A stretch of DNA of 64,000 nt from a bacterium (lineage in GTDB: Bacteria > Patescibacteriota > Saccharimonadia > Saccharimonadales > JAUPVS01): NCBI GenBank assembly GCA_029780855.1, contig JAKOXV010000003.1, positions 20,953 through 84,952 on the forward strand, in the 5' to 3' direction. Each line of letters opens with the position of its first letter. Position 1 is the first letter of the stretch. Positions 10,055 to 20,623 of this stretch are shown here, piece by piece. Position numbers and translations under genes: made by a program. The notes below the pieces were generated by a model that ran no database searches, was not told where the DNA came from, and saw only the letters and a program-made list of their open reading frames with translations.

Positions 10055-11852
10055 CTCTGTGTACAGCTGGTGCTAGGATTTCCCACGGCCGCTTTTCTGG
10101 TATGACCATCCGACTCACGTCTATCAAGCCAACCCGTACAAGCTCCACCATACTGGCGAGCGGTACCCCACCGATAAATAGCAACGTTCGTTTTTCCTCG
10201 CCCAGGCTTTTATATATAAGCTCCTGTTCTAGGTAGCTCATGGGCTGTGAGTTGGTAATAAAATCGTTGTCTATGGCGTATTCCTTGCCGCCCCCACGAT
10301 ACAGCCGGCGGGCACGATTAACTGCAATTTGCGCCGCACCTTGCATTGTCAATTCCGGCCGATCAATACGCAGCTGATCATAGTATTCGTACACTAATGC
10401 GCCGTATGGCTTTCCTGCCATCTTTGCGGCAAGCATTCGCTGATATCCCACACCGTGGACAAGGCTATCTTCTTCACCCAAAACCACCCGCTTTGCTTCA
10501 CGTTCTTGCCAAAGCGCCCCGGACTCATGCTGTTCCGAAGGTTTTCCTAATCCGATTTTTTGCAGAATCGCTAGATCACTTACCCGCTCTTTATTCTCAT
10601 GTTGCAAAGCATGCGTAAGTTCGTGCGAAATCAAGGTAATCGCCTTGCCGAGGGGTAGAGGTTTTTCTGGAACTTTTACAATCTTTTGCTTACTATTCAC
10701 CGATAGATTCTTAAACTTACCGTTAACAACCACCTGCCATTTACCATCCGATGCAGCGGTTTCACGGTCGCTATCCCATTCAGTTTCTTCACTCAGTATG
10801 CCGTACCCGCTAAGCACCTCCCGGGCGTACGCACCGATTGTTTCGGGCGTTGCTTCGTGTTCGCGCAGAAACGCAACATCGATATCTCGGTATTCACCCC
10901 GCTCTAATGCCCCCTCTTCATTTGCCGTAGGCACCTGCTGTACTAATGCCTTTGCCTCTGAACTAAACCAGGTATAATCGCCTAACTCATCTTTGTCTAC
11001 ACCCTGCTGGTAGCGGTCAATCCGCTGCAAAAAACGTGCGATAAACTCTGGATTTGCAGACGCATAGAAAGCGGGTAGCTCACGTTCTAGGCGAAAAAGT
11101 AGCGGATTATGCATAACGCCGTTCCGGGAGAAATACAAGAATTTATACGCGTCTACATACATGTCGCTAAGGAATCGATTTACGCGACCCTTGTACAGGT
11201 CAACCACTAGCAGTTTTGCCTCACGCTCCGCTTCTGTCATATCCTGACTAGCAGCGACATCCTGCTTTGCGGCGCTTAGGTACTGCTTGTACGCTCTGTA
11301 ACCACGGATTTTTTCGAGTAGTACCTCTGGGTTTCTGAATACTGGCATTATTTTGGGATCTGGAACTCCTTCGCCAGTGCAACCGTTTGCAATAAAAGAT
11401 TTTACCGCCCGCACCTCTTCGTACTCAACGCTCTGGTTTTCGAGAAGATCCATACTTTTAGAATCAACATTACTGTAGTCGTAGTTTCTGAACATTCTCT
11501 CAATTTCCGGAATTGTTCGAGGTGCCGACACACCTAACTGTTCCGCCAGACACTTTCGCCCTTCTTCTGTCATAAAAAATGGAATACCAATCGCACTCAC
11601 CTTGATGTTCTTTTGCCAGATTGTTTCAAGCCGATCCAGCGGCTCACCATCATTTGCGCGTTCTGTTTGATATTGAAATGCTGTGGGATACACAAATTCG
11701 TCCAGTGATACGTTATAGAGATTGGATTCAAAATCGAGCACAGGCACACGCTCTGCTTCGGATAGGCCCGGCTCATAATCTAATCCAGCAAAAAACGACT
11801 CATCATAAGAGCCAGGACGGTTTGGATACGGATAGAAAACTGCACGTTCCAT
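10026..11852 (-). CDS. HExxH zinc metallopeptidase-like protein, possibly DUF1704/MATCAP-type carboxypeptidase
   Basis: 'LISHELTHALQHEN...EQHESGALWQE' (HExxH plus downstream E-x-G-x-A-like motif); start moved to 11852 because the longer ORF overlaps tRNA-Lys and TAAAAT lies 7 nt upstream. Confidence 0.6.
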   Translation of the reverse strand: MERAVFYPYPNRPGSYDESFFAGLDYEPGLSEAERVPVLDFESNLYNVSLDEFVYPTAFQYQTERANDGEPLDRLETIWQKNIKVSAIGIPFFMTEEGRKCLAEQLGVSAPRTIPEIERMFRNYDYSNVDSKSMDLLENQSVEYEEVRAVKSFIANGCTGEGVPDPKIMPVFRNPEVLLEKIRGYRAYKQYLSAAKQDVAASQDMTEAEREAKLLVVDLYKGRVNRFLSDMYVDAYKFLYFSRNGVMHNPLLFRLERELPAFYASANPEFIARFLQRIDRYQQGVDKDELGDYTWFSSEAKALVQQVPTANEEGALERGEYRDIDVAFLREHEATPETIGAYAREVLSGYGILSEETEWDSDRETAASDGKWQVVVNGKFKNLSVNSKQKIVKVPEKPLPLGKAITLISHELTHALQHENKERVSDLAILQKIGLGKPSEQHESGALWQEREAKRVVLGEEDSLVHGVGYQRMLAAKMAGKPYGALVYEYYDQLRIDRPELTMQGAAQIAVNRARRLYRGGGKEYAIDNDFITNSQPMSYLEQELIYKSLGEEKRTLLFIGGVPLASMVELVRVGLIDVSRMVIPEKRPWEILAPAVHRAILQVQKSQ

Positions 11853-11978
11853 GTAGTATATTTTACCATTTTTATAGCGTTTTGTCCATTTTCTACCTGT
11901 TATAGGATTGACTTTTATGCAAAAATAAGCATAATGTAAGAAGTTAATTTTCGGTTTTACCGAAACTTGCCAAATTAA

Positions 11979-12055
11979 GGGCCCATAGCTCAGCCGGTTA
12001 GAGCACCTGCCTTTTAAGCAGGGTGTCCTGGGTTCGAGTCCCAGTGGGCCCTCCA
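11979..12055 (+). tRNA. tRNA-Lys(UUU)
   Basis: GGGCCCA acceptor, anticodon arm CCTGC-CTTTTAA-GCAGG, GTTCGAGTC T-loop, encoded CCA. Confidence 0.97.
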
Positions 12056-12092
12056 ATAAAAAAGACCTTTCGCAAGATAGGTCTTTTTTATT
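12055..12092. terminator. Bidirectional intrinsic terminator
   Basis: AATAAAAAAGACCT...AGGTCTTTTTTATT inverted repeat between converging genes. Confidence 0.8.
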
Positions 12093-12117
12093 GGTTTAAT
12101 CCAGTTACGCAATTACC

Positions 12118-12615
12118 CTAGTGTTTGCCGTGCTTGCGATGGTGTCCGGGATGCTTGTAATGAGAAAACCAGAGCACTACAAGACTAGCCAATACACTAG
12201 CTCCCACGACCAATTGCTGATTATGCTCTAGTAGTTTCCAGCCTGAAGTCGAGGTAATGGCGTTATGAGCTCCATATGGCAGCAGTGGAACCGCTAATAG
12301 TGCCGCTACCAAACCAACGGCTATTGCAGGGATAAGATTAAACAACATTTTTCCGCCCGCCATTGATCCTTTAAGGATTACTAAACTAAGAGTAGCAGGC
12401 AGTAGCAGTAACGTGAGCTGAGAATACTGGGAAACCGCAAAGGAATTATTGCCGATGACATTTCCCACAATACTGGCATCATTACCATAGTACAGAACGA
12501 GTAAACTACCGGCACACAAACTCAAAAATACGATTGCACCGTGTGAACGTAGCAAAAGAATGAGCAGTACGGGAATACCGATCGCAATCAAGAGCGCTAG
12601 ATTTTGCATAATCAT
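12118..12615 (-). CDS. Integral membrane protein, His-rich C-terminus
   Basis: About five hydrophobic segments; ends HYKHPGHHRKHGKH. Confidence 0.75.
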   Translation of the reverse strand: MIMQNLALLIAIGIPVLLILLLRSHGAIVFLSLCAGSLLVLYYGNDASIVGNVIGNNSFAVSQYSQLTLLLLPATLSLVILKGSMAGGKMLFNLIPAIAVGLVAALLAVPLLPYGAHNAITSTSGWKLLEHNQQLVVGASVLASLVVLWFSHYKHPGHHRKHGKH

Positions 12616-12642
12616 TATGTGTTTATAGTAGCATGAGCGGAA

Positions 12643-13092
12643 CTAAAAACGGAGCTGATCGCCCAACCCAATGCTATGCCGATTTGCAAATCCACTCGAA
12701 AACTCGAGCACATATAACGCAGGTTTTTGTGTACAGAAGGAATCAGGATAGGTGTTTGGCTGTACATCCTTTTCGATGGCAACCACTTTTTTGCCACTAT
12801 CGGTCCAGATAATATCGATAGGGAACTTCATATCCTTCATCCAGAAACAATACTTACCTGACCGCTCAAACACAAATAGCATTCCTTGATCATCTGCCAA
12901 ACGGTTGCGACCGCTTAAACCCTTTTGCCGGGCCTCATTAGTGGTCACACGCTCTAAACGTACACAGCTAGAACCAAGTGCCAGGTCGCAGGATTTTTTT
13001 GCGATTTTGTCGTAATAAAATAGTCCGAGGACCAATAATACGACTGCAACTATAACGCCTAAAAGTCTAAAAGAACGGTTATGCGCCCACAC
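12643..13092 (-). CDS. DUF192 family protein
   Basis: 'RQKGLSGR', 'GMLFVF', 'FWMKDMKFPIDIIW', 'YVLE'. Confidence 0.9.
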   Translation of the reverse strand: MWAHNRSFRLLGVIVAVVLLVLGLFYYDKIAKKSCDLALGSSCVRLERVTTNEARQKGLSGRNRLADDQGMLFVFERSGKYCFWMKDMKFPIDIIWTDSGKKVVAIEKDVQPNTYPDSFCTQKPALYVLEFSSGFANRHSIGLGDQLRF

Positions 13093-13987
13093 GGTCGCGC
13101 TTTACCCGTTTACTTTTAGCATTTTGTTCAATGTAATCGATGATTTTACCGGCGACATTCCGTTTGGTTAGCAACTCAGGAGTTTTAATGCTGGCTGATG
13201 AATTAACTTCCAAAACCAGCGGACCGCGTTCTGAACGCATCATGTCCACACCGCAGATTTGTAGACCCATCGCTTTTGCTGCGCGCACGGCTGTTTTCAT
13301 TTCTTCATCGGTCAATTTGACCTTTTCGCCTACGCCACCTTGGTGCGTATTTGATCGGAAATCATCATCTAAGCTTCGGCGTTTTACACTCGCAACGGCT
13401 CGCCCGTTTACAACTAATACTCGGATATCTTCACCGGCAGATTCTTCAATGAATTCCTGCACAAAAAAGTTCACGCCCTCGACATAAAAGGCCTGCATTA
13501 CGGCTTTAGCAGCCTTACGGGTTTCTGCTAATACCACACCGTTACCGTGGGTTCCACGGGCAACCTTAATAATTGCCGGTGCACCGCCGACGATTTCAAG
13601 GACTTCTTCAAAATCAGCGGTTTCACGAGCAAGGACGGTCTTGGGGATTCCTACTCCGGACTTAGCTAAAAGCTGGTAAGAACGCAGCTTGTCACGAGAC
13701 CGTACAATAGCGATTGAGCTGGATGTAGTGAATACGCCACGCATCTCAAACTGACGCACCACAGCAGCACCATAGCGGGTGTAACTCTGCGCTATTCGAG
13801 GGATAATAGCATCAACATCATCAAGTGGCTTACCTTCGTAGTACACCACAGGATTGCCCTTTTCGATAGCCATATAGCAGCGCACATAGTTTACTACCCG
13901 AACGTTATGTCCGCGTTCTTCTGCCTCCTGCTTGATCCGACGGGTCGAGTAGTTACCTGGGCCTTTTGAAAGAATAACAATGTTCAT
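13079..13987 (-). CDS. rimK: RimK family alpha-L-glutamate ligase (ATP-grasp)
   Basis: YSTRRI, DAIIPRI, RSRDKLRSYQLL, QEFIEE...DIR, DFRSN, GVD, EVNSS. Confidence 0.93.
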   Translation of the reverse strand: MNIVILSKGPGNYSTRRIKQEAEERGHNVRVVNYVRCYMAIEKGNPVVYYEGKPLDDVDAIIPRIAQSYTRYGAAVVRQFEMRGVFTTSSSIAIVRSRDKLRSYQLLAKSGVGIPKTVLARETADFEEVLEIVGGAPAIIKVARGTHGNGVVLAETRKAAKAVMQAFYVEGVNFFVQEFIEESAGEDIRVLVVNGRAVASVKRRSLDDDFRSNTHQGGVGEKVKLTDEEMKTAVRAAKAMGLQICGVDMMRSERGPLVLEVNSSASIKTPELLTKRNVAGKIIDYIEQNAKSKRVKRDRVGA

Positions 13988-13990
13988 TTC

Positions 13991-14473
13991 CTACATCTCC
14001 TCTTCTTTTTTGGCGTCAAGTAGCGCCCTTTTTAGTTCTACTCGGCTGACATTAGTGTGTGACGTATCCACTAGAAAACGATTATTCAGCAGCTTCCGCC
14101 CCAGCAGCGCAGGAAAAGGTTTATTAGTGCGATCTCCAAGCGTAAAACCGGTTTTAAACACCTTACCACCAATAGAAACCTTCAGCATCACATAGTAGCG
14201 CTCTTCTGTGTGACCGAATGAGTTTTCTACGGTAACCTTTTCAAATGAGTTCACAGTTACCGTCTTGGCAAACTGCCCATACACAGGGTGTCCACCAAGA
14301 ATCTCAAAACTGAGCGTCTTACCATCAGGACTTACAGCAACATTACGGGCATGAATAGTTGACCGGTATGCTCCGGAATCTACCTTGGCAGGTATATCGT
14401 GCACATCCAAATCCATGAAGTGGATGATTTCACCACGACCAAGTACGACTTTGTAAGTTAGCTGCTTTTTCAT
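13991..14473 (-). CDS. RimK-associated retropepsin-like protease (RimB / 'ATP-dependent zinc protease' family)
   Basis: AKVDSGAYRSTIHA, 'NSFGHTEERY', 'LLGRKLL'; directly upstream of rimK. Confidence 0.88.
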   Translation of the reverse strand: MKKQLTYKVVLGRGEIIHFMDLDVHDIPAKVDSGAYRSTIHARNVAVSPDGKTLSFEILGGHPVYGQFAKTVTVNSFEKVTVENSFGHTEERYYVMLKVSIGGKVFKTGFTLGDRTNKPFPALLGRKLLNNRFLVDTSHTNVSRVELKRALLDAKKEEEM

Positions 14474-14600
14474 AACCGGTACCTTCTATTATTTCAACTG
14501 ATTTGCTAATTTGCTACTTTTTCTTTTGGTGTAATGTGGTATTACTATTATGTTACTATTGAATCACATTATTCTAGCATAAAGTAGGAAAAAAGTCAAT

Positions 14601-15836
14601 ATGAGTAGGTTCTTGATTGTCGGTCCATCCACTGCCGCACTACGCACGTATCTTGCCAGTCATGGGCATGATTTTAGTGCCCTGGTAGACCATACCCAGA
14701 CAAAACATCGAATCGGCGCAAAACCATACAAGCATATTACCGATTTTTCTGATGAAACAACGTACCTCGAGAAGGCCATAGAACTCCATAAAATCAATCC
14801 AATAGATGGCATATTAACAGTCTACGAAAACAGTGTGTTACCCGCTGCTAAAATCGCTAAAACACTAGGGCTACCTTCCTTACCGGTGGAGTCAGCTGAA
14901 GCCTGCACCGATAAAGAGATTATGCGGAGCCTATTTGCGGTCGCTCCCCAAAAAATCAGCCCGGACTATAAGGTAGTTACTTCTCTCGAGGAAGTGTTTG
15001 ATTTTGCCCAAAATCACCGCTACCCCCTAATTCTAAAGCCCGCAAACCTCGCCAAGAGCCTCCTTGTCACCAAAAATACAAGCAAGCAGGAACTAACCGA
15101 TAACTATCGTAAGACGATTGAACAGATTGATGGAATCTACAAACGATACGCCCCTCACCGCAAACCAAAGCTACTTATTGAGGAATTCATGGAAGGAAGC
15201 ATCCACTCTGTAGACGCTTTTGTGGATCATTTGGGTACCGTACACGTACTGGATTGCATAGTAGACTACCAGACCGGTTACGATGTTGGGTACGACGATA
15301 ACTTTCACTATAGCCGTATTCTCCCAAGCGCACTTCCTACAGAAATGAAAAACTCGGTTAAAGAAACGGCGGTTCTCGGTTGTCAGGCACTTAAGATGAG
15401 AAGCACGCCGGCTCACATCGAGATAATTGTTACTGCTGCGGGACCGCGAATTGTAGAAATAGGGGCACGGAACGGAGGATACCGCGAGAGGATGCACCGT
15501 ATTGCTAACGGCATTGACGTATTCGGTGCTACACTCCAGGTAGCAACCGGAGACCTCCCTAAGATTGATAAACAAAGAGATGATTTCTGTGCCGTTCTGG
15601 AACTATTCCCTAAACAAAGTGGTGTGTTTACAGGTATTTCACACGAACATGAAGCCCGGGAACTCGCATCATTAGTAGAATTTCGAACTAAGGTTGATCC
15701 AGGTACGAAAGTTGGAAAATCATCGGAAGGTCACAAGATGTGTGCCATGATTATGCTCCATAATACCGATGCAACTCAATTTTCATCTGATCTGAAATTC
15801 GTAACCGAACAGGTAAAAGTTGAAACGCTACACTAA
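14601..15836 (+). CDS. ATP-grasp protein, L-amino-acid-ligase-like
   Basis: 'DKEIMR', 'YPLILKPA', 'LLIEEFMEG', 'HIEII...IVEIGARNGG', plus a C-terminal extra domain. Confidence 0.85.
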   Translation: MSRFLIVGPSTAALRTYLASHGHDFSALVDHTQTKHRIGAKPYKHITDFSDETTYLEKAIELHKINPIDGILTVYENSVLPAAKIAKTLGLPSLPVESAEACTDKEIMRSLFAVAPQKISPDYKVVTSLEEVFDFAQNHRYPLILKPANLAKSLLVTKNTSKQELTDNYRKTIEQIDGIYKRYAPHRKPKLLIEEFMEGSIHSVDAFVDHLGTVHVLDCIVDYQTGYDVGYDDNFHYSRILPSALPTEMKNSVKETAVLGCQALKMRSTPAHIEIIVTAAGPRIVEIGARNGGYRERMHRIANGIDVFGATLQVATGDLPKIDKQRDDFCAVLELFPKQSGVFTGISHEHEARELASLVEFRTKVDPGTKVGKSSEGHKMCAMIMLHNTDATQFSSDLKFVTEQVKVETLH

Positions 15837-15949
15837 TGCGTAGCTTTGCTAACGCGCATATACACTAACGCGACGACCACTACCAGGATCAGAAGTAATA
15901 CTACCAACATAGTTATAAAACCGTCCTGGTTAGACATAAGCTTTTTCAT
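15833..15949 (-). CDS. 38-aa mini-pilin (class III signal peptide plus TM helix), absent from the ORF track
   Basis: MKKLMSNQDG|FITMLVVLLLILVVVVALVYMRVSKATH*; TATAAT 9 nt upstream. Confidence 0.7.
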   Translation of the reverse strand: MKKLMSNQDGFITMLVVLLLILVVVVALVYMRVSKATH

Positions 15950-16004
15950 GTTATAGTTATTATATCCCTTCAATAAAAATAAAAACAATGCAAAAATACC
16001 GTAC

Positions 16005-16643
16005 ATGAGCGAAGATCCTATTCAAGATAATAACGACCTCGTCCCCACCGAGCCTTTTGAGGATACCGACGCAGTCGAGCAAATGGCGTACGAAGCCGCC
16101 TATCGCCTTGGACGAACTATGTGGAAGAATGAAGAATTACAGCACAAGGCCACACATGATGCGCTCACGCAGTTACTCAATGTGGAAGGCCTTGAACAGC
16201 ACCTCCAACGCGAAACAGTAGATAACAAGGTGGTGCTTTTTGCAGACGGCACCAACATCAAGGCTATTAATGACACATTGGGACACAAACGCGGAGACGA
16301 AGCGATTGTTGAGCTTGCCAACGTTCTTAGAAGCTCGCTTCGGAAAGAAGACATAATTGCTCGCATCGGGGGTGATGAATTTGTAGCCATAATTGATCCC
16401 ACTACACGGGAAGGCGAGGTAAATGTCGCACAAACCGAGAAAATAACCCGAGAGCGAATCAGACAACAGACCGACCTACTACTAGAAAAAAACCCTGATT
16501 TGGTGGCACAAGGTATGGATTTCGCAGTCGGTACTACACTAGGAACAAAAGATATGAGCCTTGAAGAAATTCTCAACCACGCAGAAGAATCAATGATGGC
16601 AGAAAAAAACGGCCAACACGAAGAAAAAGGGAAGTACCGCTAG
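16005..16643 (+). CDS. Stand-alone GGDEF domain protein (putative diguanylate cyclase)
   Basis: 'HDALTQLLN', '[13 protein letters not shown]', RKED I-site five residues before an intact GGDEF. Confidence 0.9.
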   Translation: MSEDPIQDNNDLVPTEPFEDTDAVEQMAYEAAYRLGRTMWKNEELQHKATHDALTQLLNVEGLEQHLQRETVDNKVVLFADGTNIKAINDTLGHKRGDEAIVELANVLRSSLRKEDIIARIGGDEFVAIIDPTTREGEVNVAQTEKITRERIRQQTDLLLEKNPDLVAQGMDFAVGTTLGTKDMSLEEILNHAEESMMAEKNGQHEEKGKYR

Positions 16644-17746
16644 CGCCAGAAACCTTTACGGTCAGTGTTGCCAAACTCTTCCAGTATTTCTTTTTGTTTC
16701 TTGTTAAGTTTGGTGGGCGTCTCAACCAAAACGGTTACGATATGCGCTCCCCTGTTGGAGCTTCGTAAATGGGGCACCCCATGATTAGATAGCTTGAAAT
16801 CAGTACCACTTTGCGTACCGGCGGGAACTTTCATGCGTACCGGTCCATCCACCGTATCGACGTCGATCTCTGTTCCTAGCGCTGCCTCTACCATGCTAAT
16901 TGTTTCCTTGCTAAGAATCAGGTCGCCTTCGCGGGTGAAATGTTTATGTGGCTTAACCCTGACGTTGACGTATAGATCGCCCTTTGGTCCGTTAGCAACC
17001 GCCTCTCCCCGCTCACGAAGACGAATGGTCGCACCATCATCAACACCAGCTGGGACTTTCAATGTAATGGTTTGAGATTTCTTTTGGGTTCCTTTACCCT
17101 TACAGACCGTACAAACTTTTTCCGGTACTTTTCCGCGACCTTCGCACGTTGGACACACCGAAGCTTGCTGGATATTTCCAAAAATTGTGCGAGTAACATG
17201 CATAACTTGGCCAGAACCATTACATTCAGGACAGGTTTTCATTTCATGGCCGGGTTCAACCGTGGTGCCCTTACAGTGCTCACACTCATCTTGAATGTTC
17301 AAGTCTAAGTCCAGTTGAGCGCCAAAGACTGCTTGCTCAAAGGTCAGGTCAATAGCAGTTTCAACGTCGCGTCCACGATTGTTGCGTCGCTGCCTCTGCT
17401 GCTGACCACCAAAGAAGCTCCCAAATATATCACCAAGTCCGAGATCGCCAAAATCAAAGTTTATATTTTGCCCTTGCCCACCAAATCCACTAAATCCTTC
17501 AAACGGATTGCCGCCGCCACCAGCCGATGAACCGCCTACACCAGCATGCCCAAACTGATCATAGCGTTGCCGTTTTGATGAATCTTTAAGCACTTCATAA
17601 GCTTCGTTCACCTCTTTGAACTTTTCTTCATCGCCACCTCGATCCGGGTGAAATTCTATGGCCTTCTTGCGAAATGCCTTTTTGATCTCATCATCGCTAG
17701 CGTTTTTATTGACGCCTAGAACTTCGTAGTAATCTCGCTTAATCAC
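16640..17746 (-). CDS. dnaJ: Chaperone DnaJ
   Basis: J domain with HPD, G/F region, four CxxCxGx motifs. Confidence 0.99.
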   Translation of the reverse strand: MIKRDYYEVLGVNKNASDDEIKKAFRKKAIEFHPDRGGDEEKFKEVNEAYEVLKDSSKRQRYDQFGHAGVGGSSAGGGGNPFEGFSGFGGQGQNINFDFGDLGLGDIFGSFFGGQQQRQRRNNRGRDVETAIDLTFEQAVFGAQLDLDLNIQDECEHCKGTTVEPGHEMKTCPECNGSGQVMHVTRTIFGNIQQASVCPTCEGRGKVPEKVCTVCKGKGTQKKSQTITLKVPAGVDDGATIRLRERGEAVANGPKGDLYVNVRVKPHKHFTREGDLILSKETISMVEAALGTEIDVDTVDGPVRMKVPAGTQSGTDFKLSNHGVPHLRSSNRGAHIVTVLVETPTKLNKKQKEILEEFGNTDRKGFWR

Positions 17747-18023
17747 CTGGTTCCATCCCGCTTGTTAGTCTATCTTCTGCGAGGCCAAAGGCATGTTCAG
17801 CTTCTGGTATGGTAAGCCCATATTCTTCGGCTATCATCTGGCTCAAAGTATGGTAATCCTCAACTGCACCAATGTACCCATCAGTTTCGCCATCTAGCAG
17901 GTACTTTATTGCGGCCTCTACACGGGGATCAACCGATGCAAACAATACAAAATCCAGACCTTCTTCTCGTTTGAAGCCTTCCGTAATCTGATTGAACTGC
18001 CCATCTATTGATTCCGCTGACAT
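17739..18023 (-). CDS. Acidic hypothetical protein between dnaK and dnaJ
   Basis: 94-aa ORF that fills the gap exactly and overlaps the dnaJ start. Confidence 0.7.
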   Translation of the reverse strand: MSAESIDGQFNQITEGFKREEGLDFVLFASVDPRVEAAIKYLLDGETDGYIGAVEDYHTLSQMIAEEYGLTIPEAEHAFGLAEDRLTSGMEPGD

Positions 18024-18024
18024 G

Positions 18025-19932
18025 CTACTTTTCTTTTTCTTCGTCTACTACTTCGCCTTCAACCGGTTCCTCTTTGTCACCTTTTGAATCGCCCTCTTCA
18101 GAAGGTTTGTCTTCTTTTTGCGCCTGTTCGTACATTTTTGCCCCGATTGGCATGAGCTTATCATTTAGCTCTTTAGCAGCCTTTTCAAGCTCATCTTTAT
18201 CTGCCTTCTCGTCTTTCACAACTTTCTTTGCAGCTTCCACGGCTTCATCGAGCGTCTTCTTATCTTCTTCGCTTAGTTTATCGCCGTTATCACTCTTTAG
18301 CTTTTCCGCTTGGTAGACAGCACTATCTAATTGATTTCGTGCATCAATTGACTCACGTTTTTTCTTATCTTCTTCAGCATGCGCTTCGGCTTCCTTGGCC
18401 ATCTTTTCAACTTCTTCCTTGCTAAGACCAGAACTATTTTGGATAGTAATGCTCTGCTCCTTGCCGGAACCTTTATCCTTTGCCGCTACATTCAGAATAC
18501 CGTTGGCATCTATGTTGAAAGTAACCTCAATCTGCGGTACGCCGCGCGGTGCTGGTGGAATACCATCCAGAACAAACCTTCCAAGTGACTTATTGTCAGC
18601 AACCATTTCGCGCTCACCCTGAACTACGTGGATTTCTACTTGTGGCTGATTATCAGCAGCCGTACTAAACGTTTCTGATTTACTAGTAGGGATAGTGGTG
18701 TTACGTTCGATTAGCTTAGTAGCTACGCCACCTAACGTCTCAATGCCCAGAGACAGTGGGGTTACATCCAGCAGTAGCACGTCTTTAACGTCACCCTGCA
18801 GCACGCCTCCCTGGATAGCAGCACCGATGGCCACAACTTCATCAGGGTTCACGCCCTTCATTGGGTCTTTCCCAAAGATTTTCTTCACCTTTTCCTGTAC
18901 TGCCGGCATGCGGGTCATACCACCAACTAACACAACCGCATCGATATCGCTCGCCTTGAGACCAGCGTCTTTAAGAGCTTTTTCACATGGCGTGGCGGTT
19001 TTATCAATCAGTTCTCCAACCAAACTTTCCAGCTTAGCTCGGGTAAGTTTGTGCTCAAAGTGCTTAGGACCGTCAGCATCAGCGGTTAAGAATGGTAGGT
19101 TGATAGTAATTTCATTGGTTGTAGACAGTTCAATCTTGGCTTTTTCCGCTTCGTCGCGCAAACGCTGCATGGCAGCGTTATCCTCGGTAACATCAATGCC
19201 GTTTTCTTTTTTGAACTCGTCAGCAAAGTAGTTCACGAGTACGCGGTCGAAGTCTGCACCACCAAGGTGGGTATCGCCATTAGTACTCTTTACTTCAAAC
19301 ACGCCGTCACCAAGCTCCAGGATAGATACGTCAAACGTACCTCCACCAAGGTCGTAAACAGCGATCTTTTCGTCTTTTTTACCCTCTTTATCCAGCCCAT
19401 ATGCGAGAGCTGCTGCGGTTGGTTCGTTGATAATGCGCTTAACCTCTAGCCCCGCGATTCTACCGGCATCCTTGGTAGCTTGGCGCTGCGAATCATCAAA
19501 ATACGCAGGTACCGTAATAACTGCTTCGGTGACCGGTGAACCCAAGAAACTTTCGGCATCGGCTTTGAGTTTAGAAAGCACCATTGCGCTTACTTCTTCT
19601 GGGCTGTATTCTTTATCGCCCATTTTTACTTTTACGCCATTGCCGCTCTTGACCATTTCGTAGCCCATGAGCTTGATATCACGCTGGACTTCTTTGTCTT
19701 CCCAACGACGGCCGATCAAACGCTTTACTTCATAAATAGTATTTATTGGGTTTGTCACCTGCTGGCGGCGAGCAACCTGACCAACCAGGCGTTCACCATT
19801 CTTATTTACCGCTACTACACTTGGTGTGGTGCGATTACCTTCTGAGTTAGCAATAATTTCAGGTTTACCTGACTGCATGACAGCCATTGCTGAGTTAGTT
19901 GTTCCTAAATCGATTCCTATGATTTTTCCCAT
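18025..19932 (-). CDS. dnaK: Chaperone DnaK
   Basis: [33 protein letters not shown]. Confidence 0.99.
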   Translation of the reverse strand: MGKIIGIDLGTTNSAMAVMQSGKPEIIANSEGNRTTPSVVAVNKNGERLVGQVARRQQVTNPINTIYEVKRLIGRRWEDKEVQRDIKLMGYEMVKSGNGVKVKMGDKEYSPEEVSAMVLSKLKADAESFLGSPVTEAVITVPAYFDDSQRQATKDAGRIAGLEVKRIINEPTAAALAYGLDKEGKKDEKIAVYDLGGGTFDVSILELGDGVFEVKSTNGDTHLGGADFDRVLVNYFADEFKKENGIDVTEDNAAMQRLRDEAEKAKIELSTTNEITINLPFLTADADGPKHFEHKLTRAKLESLVGELIDKTATPCEKALKDAGLKASDIDAVVLVGGMTRMPAVQEKVKKIFGKDPMKGVNPDEVVAIGAAIQGGVLQGDVKDVLLLDVTPLSLGIETLGGVATKLIERNTTIPTSKSETFSTAADNQPQVEIHVVQGEREMVADNKSLGRFVLDGIPPAPRGVPQIEVTFNIDANGILNVAAKDKGSGKEQSITIQNSSGLSKEEVEKMAKEAEAHAEEDKKKRESIDARNQLDSAVYQAEKLKSDNGDKLSEEDKKTLDEAVEAAKKVVKDEKADKDELEKAAKELNDKLMPIGAKMYEQAQKEDKPSEEGDSKGDKEEPVEGEVVDEEKEK

Positions 19933-20159
19933 TATTTTCTCCTTATTAATCTTGATATAAATTCGTGAATTGACCGGGGCCTTTCTTGCTCAATACGTCT
20001 TTTTTCGATTTCTTGCGTTCCCAACTGATCCAATTGATCAATTTGCGGTATTAGTTCTGGTGCAAGCTGCCAATTTACTTCCATTTCAGTCGCATGACGA
20101 TGTTGTTTACGATCAAAGTCATCAAAGACATCTGGGGGAAGCTCGGCTTCAGAAGGCAT
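19932..20159 (-). CDS. Hypothetical protein between grpE and dnaK
   Basis: 75-aa ORF with TAATG stop/start overlaps at both ends. Confidence 0.7.
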   Translation of the reverse strand: MPSEAELPPDVFDDFDRKQHRHATEMEVNWQLAPELIPQIDQLDQLGTQEIEKRRIEQERPRSIHEFISRLIRRK

Positions 20160-20623
20160 TACTTATCCTCCATTTTGACTTTCACCACGGCATGGCGGAT
20201 GACGTTGTCACCTAAGCGGTAGCCAGGTTGAAGTTCCTCGCAAACGACTTCAACCGAGCCTTCGCCCTCTTCCATGCTGACCGCTTCATGTAACCGGGGG
20301 TCAAATAGCGCGCCTACGGTTTTAATGCGCTCCACACCCATGTCGGTTAAGGTCTTTTCGAACTGCTTTACAATGCCATTCACTCCCTTTACGAAATCGT
20401 TGCTCTCGATATCTTTTGGCACGTGCTTGAGGGCTCGCTCAAAGTTATCAATAACTGGCAATAATTCCTCTACCACGCCTGCTTTTACCATGTTTTTAAG
20501 ACTGCCTATTTGCTCGTCATGTCGGCGGCGGATATTACTAACATCAGCCCGTTCGCGCTGCAGAGCCTCTGTAAGATCAGCAACTTGTTGTTCTAATTCC
20601 TTGATTGTTGGTTTCTTAGGCAT
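20159..20623 (-). CDS. grpE: Nucleotide exchange factor GrpE
   Basis: LLPVIDNFERA, FDPRLHEAV, GYRLGDNVIRHAVVKV. Confidence 0.97.
   Translation of the reverse strand: MPKKPTIKELEQQVADLTEALQRERADVSNIRRRHDEQIGSLKNMVKAGVVEELLPVIDNFERALKHVPKDIESNDFVKGVNGIVKQFEKTLTDMGVERIKTVGALFDPRLHEAVSMEEGEGSVEVVCEELQPGYRLGDNVIRHAVVKVKMEDK

Noticed and set aside
11853..12056. N-terminal 68 aa of the 676-aa ORF in the track
   Set aside because: It is the antisense read of tRNA-Lys and its promoter; the real start is probably 11852.
18008..19663. Long antisense ORFs over dnaK (similar ones over ftsH, aspS, lepA and the P-type ATPase)
   Set aside because: Typical shadow frames of conserved genes, with no motifs or expression signals.
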